64,000 nucleotides of DNA from a virus, in the IMG/VR virus record IMGVR_UViG_3300029319_000003, positions 1 through 64,000 of that record. One strand, 5' to 3'. The position numbers were made by a program, and so were the translations under genes. This document shows, piece after piece, positions 34,939 to 42,901 of this stretch. The notes under the pieces are model-generated. The model made no database searches and was not told the origin of the DNA. It worked only from the letters and a program-made list of their open reading frames with translations. Every line of letters begins with the position of its first letter. The stretch's first letter is position 1.

Positions 34939-35393
34939 TTGTCTGTACTCCCCAGAGCGCCGTGTCCTCGGTCGCTAATTGTGATTGAACTCCAGCCATA
35001 AAGGTTGTCCGTTGGTGTCTCCATCGCCCGAAAATGCACAACGGGAATCATTACCAACTGTGCAATTTTCGTGCCAACTTCAACAACTTGCGTTACTTGA
35101 CCGACATTGTGCAAATTAATAAAAACCTCGCCGTTGTAGCCTGAATCAATTACATGCGCCCCAACGATAAGGCTTCGCTTTGCAGCAACGCTTGACCGGT
35201 TCTTGACCTCCAACATGTAGCCGTGCGGAACACCGAATTTCAAGCCAGTGGGTAGCACCACGCTGTCACCCGGCAAGATGCGAATTGCATCGCTGTCATC
35301 AGGACAGAAGTATACATCCAGCCCCGCATCGCTTGGATTTGCTCGCGACGGGGGGATAGCCTGTGGTCGAACTCTAAAGTACTCTAGCATCAT
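34935..35393 (-). CDS. dut: trimeric dUTPase
   Basis: AGLDV, RSS, GAHVIDSGYNGE, KIAQLV, RGHGALGST. Confidence 0.95.
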   Translation of the reverse strand: MMLEYFRVRPQAIPPSRANPSDAGLDVYFCPDDSDAIRILPGDSVVLPTGLKFGVPHGYMLEVKNRSSVAAKRSLIVGAHVIDSGYNGEVFINLHNVGQVTQVVEVGTKIAQLVMIPVVHFRAMETPTDNLYGWSSITISDRGHGALGSTDK

Positions 35394-35817
35394 TTTTTTT
35401 AATCTCCTCTGTGATATATTCTACAACTTCTTGGAAGCCATCGAAAGAAAAAGTATTCCTTCCAAAGTTAGCGATTCGGCAGCAAATCACAATATTGTCT
35501 TTAGAGTAATCGCCGTCGTCATCAATCCGGTCAACACTCAAAGCCAGTGGGTGCCGCTTTTCATAAATCCAATCAGGGTCGAGTGGAATGCCAAACCAAT
35601 AGCATCTCTCCTGCTGCCGGTTATACCAAATGTCCTTTAGATCTTCTTTTGAGATATAAATTTTGGCTGGTTCCCAGTTGCCCGACCATGCTCCATTGCC
35701 CTTCCACCGGTCCATATTTGTTTTTGAAGAAATCTTCCACTCGCCATCCTTAAGAAAAGCGCCACACTGTTTGACATTGCCAAAAAGTTTATTAAATGGA
35801 TCCCTTTGTCGTCCCAT
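35374..35817 (-). CDS. HNH/His-Me-finger-like endonuclease
   Basis: CYW...LSVDRIDDDGDYSKDNIVICCRIAN. Confidence 0.6.
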   Translation of the reverse strand: MGRQRDPFNKLFGNVKQCGAFLKDGEWKISSKTNMDRWKGNGAWSGNWEPAKIYISKEDLKDIWYNRQQERCYWFGIPLDPDWIYEKRHPLALSVDRIDDDGDYSKDNIVICCRIANFGRNTFSFDGFQEVVEYITEEIKKNDARVL

Positions 35818-35820
35818 TTC

Positions 35821-38800
35821 TCACCCTAATAGTTTAAAGTTATACCTGATGGAGCGTGTGCTAAAGCCCCACTTCGGATCATAGTCAAGTTTCGCCATGT
35901 ATGGTTTATTAATATGAACCAAGTCAACACCGGGCTTGACCCCCCAGCATTTAATAGAAGTCATTGTGCTTGTTGAATCTGTTACCCGAACAATCCAATA
36001 CGCTTTACCATTCTTTGTCTTCTTTGGTATAACCTCGCGAGGAACAAACCACGCGACCAACAAGTCTGGATCATAGTTGCCCAACGGTGGGACGGCATGT
36101 CCCTCAAGTTTATCTTGAATGCTGCTGTTTAGCACTAAGTGCATAGGAAACACCCCTGTCAAACTGACAAGATATTCAATCTTTTCCTCAACAGAGAAGT
36201 CTCCTTCAGGCTTGTAGAGGTCAATATTCTCAGCGAACTTTTTCTTGTTCTTTGGTCTGTCAACCGCCACCGCAGACCAAAAGTGCTTGAGTCCGGTGAA
36301 CCTGTCATCCATCAAACAATTCAGCGCCTGCGAACGAGTAAGCACGTCGATAACTCTTTTGTTTAGTTTACTATAAGACACGTCCTCATTAAAGAGAAAA
36401 TCTTCAATATTTTGAAATGGACGATTCGCAATAATCTGTTGAATCGCGGCATCGCCAACCCCCTTGACAGAGGTGAATGGCTGGATAAGTGTTTTATCGT
36501 TTGGTCCAATCTCCCACTCAACACCTGAAGTATTAATGTCTAGCGGCTGAATTCTAAAGCCCATCTTCTTAGCGATATTAATTGCCTTCTCCTTGCGGGA
36601 CTCGGGCTCCTTGTCAAGAAAGGAAGCCATCCACTCAACCGGATAGTAGTTAAACAACCAAGCGCACTGATATGAAAGCATGCTGTACGAAACGGCGTGG
36701 GACTTATTGAAACCATATCCTGAGAAGTATTCAAACTTGTCCCACATGCTATCGGCGTCCGACTTTGAGATACCCTTGTCTTCGCAGCCGGAGACAAACT
36801 TATCATAGATCTTCTTCTTCTCAGAGGCACCTTTGCCAGTGCCCTTCTTTGTGAGAAGTTTACGCAAGAGATTACCCTCGTCCAGACTCAAATCGTCTCC
36901 CAGCAAATGAGCAAGAAGCGCGATCTGCTCTTGGAAAATCAGGAACCCGTGAGTCTCTTCAGTGACGCTCCGCACAGTATCATTAAGATACTTAACCATA
37001 GTGTGATTGACCTTGGCATTAACATAGTGCTTGTCAACACCCGCCGACAAAGGACCGGGACGGAAGATTGACGTAATAGCAGCAATGTCAATAATGCTTT
37101 CTGGCTTCGCGCTTACGCAGAACTTTTGTGCGCCGGGTTCAGTGAACTGGAAAATGCCAGCCCACCGACCTTTGTGAAAAACATTCTTAAATACATTCTG
37201 GTCATTAAAGTCAATGGTGTCTGGATGGAGCCTTTCGTTGTAGAACTTTCGCACCTGCTCAAATGTCGGCTCTTCAATATTGTGATGCCGCTTGAGGATA
37301 TGACGAATAGCAGTTTCAATCATACGCAGCGTACCAAGCCCAAGAATATCAAACTTAATAAACCCCATTGGCTCCAAGTGGCGAACATTCTGCCCCTCTG
37401 ACCAAGGCGTCTGGCGCACACCACCAGAATTAATCAGCGGCATACGAGTATCAAGATCCTCGCCAACAACAATGCCGCCGGCATGTCGGGAGCAACTGCG
37501 TACTTGTCCGTACAGGGCGTTAATATGCTCTTTAATATGCGGATACTTCTTCAAGAACGCGCCGAGTGATTCGCTAAACTCCATAACCTCTTCAAAGGTG
37601 GGGTTATAGACACCAGCAGTAATGCCATGCTTCTTCTTCGCCTTGGGCGTTGCCTCATGCAACATGCGCGAAGTTACTTGATTGACCTCAGTAAAAGGAA
37701 TTCGATAGAACTTTGAAATATCTTTAATCAACGACCGCAACTGGAGAGTGTTCCAGTTAGAGATCGGCACCACGCGGCTTTCGCCCCACTCCTGTGAAAG
37801 AATCTCTTTGAGCACCATCGGATCAGACACATCGTAATCAATGTCTGGGTAATCCTTTGCATCAGCCCGCAAGAACCGACTAAACAGCAGTCCATATTTA
37901 ATCGGATCGACCTGCGTGATGCCCAACACATAAGCAACCAGTGAGCCAGCGGCAGATCCGCGACCGGGACCAGCGAGTTGAATTTCTGTTGCCTTGTCGG
38001 CAATCGCCTTCATAGTCAAGAAATACTTGCTGAACCCTCGATCATCAATAACCTGCAACTCACTGCGAAGCCTCTGGATGTATTCGTCGTCCTCCATCTT
38101 TGTCGGGAGTTTTTCACGCATGCCATCCAGACACATCGCTGTCAGTGCCTGTGTCGCGGTCTTGCCCGGTGGCACAACAAAATCAGGAAGGCGAACTTCA
38201 TTGTCAGGAAGGAACGAATCGATACGCTCATGAGCAATCGTGTGAGTTTCAACCAATGACTGACGAATCAGATCATCGTCATATTCAACGCCCGCTCCTT
38301 CCGAATAGTGCTTATATGCTTTCCACATTTCTTCACCATTCTTCGGGTACAACTCATAACCAACCTCATCCACATCAACGGGCAAGTCTGTTGCCATTTC
38401 AAGGTTTTTGCCAAGCCAACCCAACTTCTTGTACAGCAACCTATCCTTCCAAGCGGTCTGGCTCGGATAATGACTGTCGGCAGTAGAAACAAGCGGGATG
38501 CCAAACTCTTGGTGCATCTGGATCACATATTTATTTAATTCATGCTGCTCCGGCACTGCGTTCCACTGGAGTTCCCCATACCAGCGGTCACCAAACACTT
38601 CAATCATCTGCCGGGTGGTTTCGCGCATCGCCTCTAGAATCGCTTCTGAGCCGTCCTCGCGGTTGTCCCACATGTTACCAGCATAAACACCGCCGAGGCA
38701 GGCTGACATGGCAATGATGCCCTCGCTGTGCTCCTTCAGCATCGCATAGTCCATGCGTGGGAACCGATAGAAGTTATCGCCCTCATAGGACTCGGAAATC

Positions 38801-39231
38801 AATTTAAAAATGTTCTCAAGCCCAGTCTGGTTCTGCGCCAAAAGAATAAGGTGGCTACGCTTCTTAATCTTATCCTTGGCAGAGCGATCTTCGTCTTCGA
38901 CCACCGTACCAGCAGAGCCTTGCTTTTTAATTTTTTGCGCTTGCTTCTTGTTCTCTTGTGCCTCTTCGTAGTCCCGTGACCACTGCTCAAGGTTTGGATG
39001 AAAATACGCCTCGACGCCGAAGATAGGTTTGAAGTCTTTGCCTTCCGCTTTCATCTTCTTTGCGTGCAAGACCTGATAAGCCAAGCCGTTACAGTTGCCG
39101 TGATCAGTCAGCGCCAGCGCATCCATACCGTTTTCATATGCAAAGTCCATATGCTCGCCGGGATAGCCAAGACCATCGAACGGAGAGCCCGCAACGCTAT
39201 GGGCGTGGAGCCCAACAAAAGGAATCTTCAT
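35821..39231 (-). CDS. dnaE: DNA polymerase III alpha subunit (family C)
   Basis: PHP domain (LHAHS, TDHG), PGRGSAAGSLV, PDIDYD, KFDILGL, YGFNKSH; normal length, no intein evident. Confidence 0.97.
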   Translation of the reverse strand: MKIPFVGLHAHSVAGSPFDGLGYPGEHMDFAYENGMDALALTDHGNCNGLAYQVLHAKKMKAEGKDFKPIFGVEAYFHPNLEQWSRDYEEAQENKKQAQKIKKQGSAGTVVEDEDRSAKDKIKKRSHLILLAQNQTGLENIFKLISESYEGDNFYRFPRMDYAMLKEHSEGIIAMSACLGGVYAGNMWDNREDGSEAILEAMRETTRQMIEVFGDRWYGELQWNAVPEQHELNKYVIQMHQEFGIPLVSTADSHYPSQTAWKDRLLYKKLGWLGKNLEMATDLPVDVDEVGYELYPKNGEEMWKAYKHYSEGAGVEYDDDLIRQSLVETHTIAHERIDSFLPDNEVRLPDFVVPPGKTATQALTAMCLDGMREKLPTKMEDDEYIQRLRSELQVIDDRGFSKYFLTMKAIADKATEIQLAGPGRGSAAGSLVAYVLGITQVDPIKYGLLFSRFLRADAKDYPDIDYDVSDPMVLKEILSQEWGESRVVPISNWNTLQLRSLIKDISKFYRIPFTEVNQVTSRMLHEATPKAKKKHGITAGVYNPTFEEVMEFSESLGAFLKKYPHIKEHINALYGQVRSCSRHAGGIVVGEDLDTRMPLINSGGVRQTPWSEGQNVRHLEPMGFIKFDILGLGTLRMIETAIRHILKRHHNIEEPTFEQVRKFYNERLHPDTIDFNDQNVFKNVFHKGRWAGIFQFTEPGAQKFCVSAKPESIIDIAAITSIFRPGPLSAGVDKHYVNAKVNHTMVKYLNDTVRSVTEETHGFLIFQEQIALLAHLLGDDLSLDEGNLLRKLLTKKGTGKGASEKKKIYDKFVSGCEDKGISKSDADSMWDKFEYFSGYGFNKSHAVSYSMLSYQCAWLFNYYPVEWMASFLDKEPESRKEKAINIAKKMGFRIQPLDINTSGVEWEIGPNDKTLIQPFTSVKGVGDAAIQQIIANRPFQNIEDFLFNEDVSYSKLNKRVIDVLTRSQALNCLMDDRFTGLKHFWSAVAVDRPKNKKKFAENIDLYKPEGDFSVEEKIEYLVSLTGVFPMHLVLNSSIQDKLEGHAVPPLGNYDPDLLVAWFVPREVIPKKTKNGKAYWIVRVTDSTSTMTSIKCWGVKPGVDLVHINKPYMAKLDYDPKWGFSTRSIRYNFKLLG

Positions 39232-39863
39232 AGTGCAATCTCTCCCTTCTCAAACATGTCCATGAGTTCTGATAATGTTAATTTAACACCTTTTACCAAA
39301 ATATGCAAGTCCAAATCGTGAGAAACTTCAAAAATTTCTTTAAGAGAGATGGAAATCGAATCGCGTGGAATACGACGACCGATAGTCTCATACATTTCAA
39401 AGACTACCATAGCCTCTTCCTGCTTTTTAGCAATCAGGTTTTTCTTAATACTTTCGACCGACCTCGGAGCATCCACATACACAAGCAGTACTGGTTCTGG
39501 ATCCAAATACCGATGAATGTGAAATCCAAAAGCATCATATTTCATCACAGCCTCGCGTCGAACTGGATCATTCTGCTTGTCAAACTGAAAGTTCACGCAA
39601 TCCTTAAGGCGCAGGTGGTGGATAGTCTTCTTGGGAGTCACCTTGCAAGACTTAAACTCAATCTGCTGAAACTGTTTGGATGTGGCATCGGCACCGTGAC
39701 GACCAGTGAGGCGCTCAATCGAGGGATTAAAATTCTTTTTTACTTGTGCAATTGCACCAATCTCACGAAAAGAATAATTATCTATAGGGTTCTCGCCAGT
39801 CTGTTCATGATATTGCCGCAAGCACTCAAACGCCTTTGATAGCAGTTGATCAGAGTTTTGCAT
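39228..39863 (-). CDS. putative type II restriction-endonuclease-like protein
   Basis: GRHGADA...IEFKS, a PD-(D/E)xK motif resembling PvuII GREGNDA...YELKS. Confidence 0.5.
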   Translation of the reverse strand: MQNSDQLLSKAFECLRQYHEQTGENPIDNYSFREIGAIAQVKKNFNPSIERLTGRHGADATSKQFQQIEFKSCKVTPKKTIHHLRLKDCVNFQFDKQNDPVRREAVMKYDAFGFHIHRYLDPEPVLLVYVDAPRSVESIKKNLIAKKQEEAMVVFEMYETIGRRIPRDSISISLKEIFEVSHDLDLHILVKGVKLTLSELMDMFEKGEIAL

Positions 39864-40083
39864 TCGTCACTTCCTTTACCGTCTCTTTCATTTCGGATAC
39901 AAGGTCTGACATTTCTTCCGTCAACCTCGCAACTTCTTCAACACTCTCATCATAGCGTATTTCAAGCAGCGCGTCAACAAAAATCTTCTGATCAACTGTT
40001 AATTGATAATAGTGCAGGGGAAAGCCGGCGAAATCTTTAATGTGCAAAGGTAGTTTTTCATAATAATCAATCGTCTTCATCAT
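39850..40083 (-). CDS. hypothetical protein
   Basis: 77 aa, SD AGGA. Confidence 0.6.
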   Translation of the reverse strand: MMKTIDYYEKLPLHIKDFAGFPLHYYQLTVDQKIFVDALLEIRYDESVEEVARLTEEMSDLVSEMKETVKEVTNAKL

Positions 40084-40945
40084 CCTGCCCTATTGGGTTC
40101 CATTCGTGATACTCCAACCAATCTGGACGAGTCATTTCGTTCACATCGTTGGAGCCTATATATGTTTTATATCCTTGCCAGTCATCAATTTGGTGATACC
40201 AATCGACTTGGGCAGAATTTGCAGTAGTGAGATCAAGCCCCTCAAACACCACGTCAAGCGGGAAGAAACGGGCTGAGTAGCGTTCATGCAGTGGAAGCCT
40301 CTTGCCGTCGTCGCCAAGGAGCACACTTCCTTTCTCCCTTACGATCTGACGGCATCGCTTAAAATCCTCTCCATCAAACGTGAATCCCAAATACTTACCT
40401 AACTTAACCGACTCACCGGCGTGTGTCAAGTAAAATTTTTCTTTACTAGAAATTTTTGTGCGATGCTCTCGCACCGACTCTATCGGGTACACTCCATAGG
40501 GAAACGCCGTATAATACTTGTCGGGAATAACCCACTTGCTCATCTTTCGACTAATGTGATATGCCGACAGTGCGCCATACAACACGCTCCAGCCCAAGCA
40601 ATCTCGCTTGTATCGATCTTTAGGATGTATGGGAACATAAAAAATAGGGACTCGGCGCTTTCGTTCAGCCGGGTATGGTCCCTGTCCCAATGAAGCGGGA
40701 TCGTACACCCACTCTCCAAGCCGGTGACGAATCAGCGGTTGCATATCCTTGTGGCAGACAATCCATATTGTCTCGCATCCTGCGGCAGCGCACTCACAAA
40801 CGGCTCGCTCGACAGCCAAGTAATCAACTGACAAAGGCATCAGCGAATCATGCCACGGAAACTTGAACTCCAACTCCTGACCGGCAACAGGAACAATGCC
40901 AGCCAAATGAAATGCGTTAGTGTTTTGTGCGCCAGTTTCAATCAT
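40067..40945 (-). CDS. divergent sugar-phosphate nucleotidyltransferase-like (GT-A) protein
   Basis: AGIVPVAG...LMP...AGCETIWIV...FPYG; the canonical GxGTR motif is absent. Confidence 0.65.
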   Translation of the reverse strand: MIETGAQNTNAFHLAGIVPVAGQELEFKFPWHDSLMPLSVDYLAVERAVCECAAAGCETIWIVCHKDMQPLIRHRLGEWVYDPASLGQGPYPAERKRRVPIFYVPIHPKDRYKRDCLGWSVLYGALSAYHISRKMSKWVIPDKYYTAFPYGVYPIESVREHRTKISSKEKFYLTHAGESVKLGKYLGFTFDGEDFKRCRQIVREKGSVLLGDDGKRLPLHERYSARFFPLDVVFEGLDLTTANSAQVDWYHQIDDWQGYKTYIGSNDVNEMTRPDWLEYHEWNPIGQDDEDD

Positions 40946-41643
40946 AAGAATTTAATTCGCTCTGTGTCTTCGTATAAGTTCTTACCCAGCCATCGTGTCT
41001 CTCGACCTGTGGGTTCGATTTTAATAGAGTAGTGTTTGCCCTTTCCCGCTGACTGTCCTTTGATACCCGCCTCTCTCATCATGTATAAAACTTTAAACTT
41101 CGCGTAAACTTCTGAGTACTTTGGATCTGCAAGTTGCGCTTCAGGCATATAAGAAACCGCCACCAAATCCTTTTTATTGTGATTGCCATCAATCCGTTCT
41201 GATGGGTAAAAGTCAATCCACTTAACAAAGTCTGATGTTGACTCCAACCTGTCATGCTCATGCGTTGTCCCGCTACGAACATTCATCCAGTCAAACACTT
41301 CGTATAAATCTGAAGTCTTACCAATGGGTTCCGGCAAGCCGACAATATTTTTGTCATCGAACACATAAAGCACCTGACAAGAAACATCATATGCTTTCAT
41401 GCCAGCGATGACCGCTGCTCCCTCTTCCGTAAGTCGGATGGATGAAACCTTGTCAGCAAACGGCAACAGCCCTGCCAAACTTAGATTAAAGCAGAGCCAT
41501 TCCCATCTTTTTATTTCCTGTTCTGTGCTACCACCATAGCCGATGGGGCGCTTGGGCTCACAGTATACTGCTGGTATTTCATTGTCCCATGCATACTGAA
41601 GAGCCGCAAGCGAACCACCTATGACCACCTCTTGGTGGCGCAC
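40942..41643 (-). CDS. Rossmann/FAD-oxidoreductase-like protein
   Basis: N-terminal VVIGGSLAALQYA. Confidence 0.45.
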   Translation of the reverse strand: MRHQEVVIGGSLAALQYAWDNEIPAVYCEPKRPIGYGGSTEQEIKRWEWLCFNLSLAGLLPFADKVSSIRLTEEGAAVIAGMKAYDVSCQVLYVFDDKNIVGLPEPIGKTSDLYEVFDWMNVRSGTTHEHDRLESTSDFVKWIDFYPSERIDGNHNKKDLVAVSYMPEAQLADPKYSEVYAKFKVLYMMREAGIKGQSAGKGKHYSIKIEPTGRETRWLGKNLYEDTERIKFL

Positions 41644-41927
41644 TAAGCCCCCGGTGCAACGACGCCCATAACAACATTCTCAGGGACGAGAAAGTACTTC
41701 GTGTCGCCAACCGGCACCTCATGAATCATATGCGATGCAACCACCAGCGTATGACCCACTTCGCCATTAAATTTTTCTGAATCGGGTGCTACTGCCAAAA
41801 GCGTAACCAACTCAAACTCATCACGCGATGAACTCTTGTAACCGTCGGGCAGAATCACTCCACCCGATTCATTATTTTCACTTGCCACCGGCTGAACGAG
41901 TAGGTGGCGATTGTATGGAATCAACAA
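41643..41927 (-). CDS. groES: co-chaperonin GroES-like protein
   Basis: TTG start after GGAGGT; P.NRHLLVQP...SGGVILP...LLAVAP...VGHTLV...YFLVPENVVMGVV. Confidence 0.8.
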   Translation of the reverse strand: MLIPYNRHLLVQPVASENNESGGVILPDGYKSSSRDEFELVTLLAVAPDSEKFNGEVGHTLVVASHMIHEVPVGDTKYFLVPENVVMGVVAPGA

Positions 41928-41929
41928 TT

Positions 41930-42250
41930 TTACCTCCGACCCGTGTAGCGATAATGCCCCGGCACCCAACGGCGATGAGGACCGTAGCCCACATAGCGTC
42001 CCGGCACCCAAACCCGAACAGGCTGACGATACGGGCGGGCGTGCTGACGCACATATCCGTACTGCGGGTGTGACCAGTAGCCGGGTTGGTATCGAACTCC
42101 AACCCAAACACCGGGCACCCAAACCCAACCCACGGCTACAGCCGGAACAGGCTTCCGATGGTGATGGTGCTTATGGGAACGGTGAGCCTCGGCAGGACCG
42201 GAGGCGACAAGCCCTGCTCCAATTAGCAAGGCAAACAGTGTCTTCTTCAT
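41930..42250 (-). CDS. secreted protein with WxxGxW (YXWGXW-like) repeats
   Basis: Signal peptide MKKTLFALLIGAGLVASGPAEA; His tract; WVPG repeated three times. Confidence 0.75.
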   Translation of the reverse strand: MKKTLFALLIGAGLVASGPAEAHRSHKHHHHRKPVPAVAVGWVWVPGVWVGVRYQPGYWSHPQYGYVRQHARPYRQPVRVWVPGRYVGYGPHRRWVPGHYRYTGRR

Positions 42251-42270
42251 TTTACACTCTCCTTCGCGTA

Positions 42271-42555
42271 TCAACGCTTGAATGTATCTTGAACCTTCTC
42301 ATAAAAGTCAAGAAGTTGGTCAATGTCTACGTCACCACGAAGAAGACGATAGGCGCGTACTGCTACTCGCTGATCTTCCTTTGTAAGCCATCCGTTAGTC
42401 GCATAGTTTTCACGAAGAGCACGCTTCTGCTCCTTGAACGGCTCCATGCTTTCTTCAATCGCTGCAAGCGACTTAATATAGTTTTCAATATAACCTTCCT
42501 TCTGGATGGTTTCTTCGTCTGTATCAATAGTGTCTGTGTTGTTGCGTACTCGCAT
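42271..42555 (-). CDS. GapR/DUF2312/T4 DsbA-like DNA-binding protein
   Basis: I..YIK.L..IEE......E.K..L.E pattern. Confidence 0.55.
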   Translation of the reverse strand: MRVRNNTDTIDTDEETIQKEGYIENYIKSLAAIEESMEPFKEQKRALRENYATNGWLTKEDQRVAVRAYRLLRGDVDIDQLLDFYEKVQDTFKR

Positions 42556-42581
42556 TTTCTCTCCTTTGGTTGAGTGTCTAT

Positions 42582-42610
42582 ACTATAGACTATTTTTATC
42601 TTGTTGTCAA
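42582..42610 (-). promoter_or_regulatory. sigma70-like promoter
   Basis: TTGACA-17-TATAGT. Confidence 0.75.
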
Positions 42611-42850
42611 GCGATTTCTAGAAATATTTAAAGATTTTTCAATCAATGACTTTTGTGTCTCATGTTCAGACTTTGACAAAAAAATATAATGGGACTCGCC
42701 GCACCGTTCGCAGCGCATTTGCACTCCAAAGTTGCCGCCCAATTTTGCTTCGGGCTCCATCGCCGGCACCCAATAGTGCTGCTTATTTGTGCCGCGACAC
42801 AACTGACTTTGTAGCGGCTTGGGGAGCAAGTGGTTGAGTTTAATGTTCAT
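42596..42850 (-). CDS. small Cys/His protein (possible Zn ribbon)
   Basis: C...HYW...CERC. Confidence 0.6.
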   Translation of the reverse strand: MNIKLNHLLPKPLQSQLCRGTNKQHYWVPAMEPEAKLGGNFGVQMRCERCGESHYIFLSKSEHETQKSLIEKSLNISRNRLTTR

Positions 42851-42859
42851 TGTTGCCTC

Positions 42860-42888
42860 AATATAACATAAATAGAACCAGTTGGCAA
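42860..42888 (-). promoter_or_regulatory. sigma70-like promoter
   Basis: TTGCCA-17-TATATT. Confidence 0.7.
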
Positions 42889-42901
42889 GTTTTTATTTTA
42901 T

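Noticed and set aside
41643-42128. 161-aa ORF as given in the track
   Set aside because: The first ~67 codons overlap the WxxGxW gene. The real GroES-like gene starts at TTG 41927 (or 41924) after GGAGGT.
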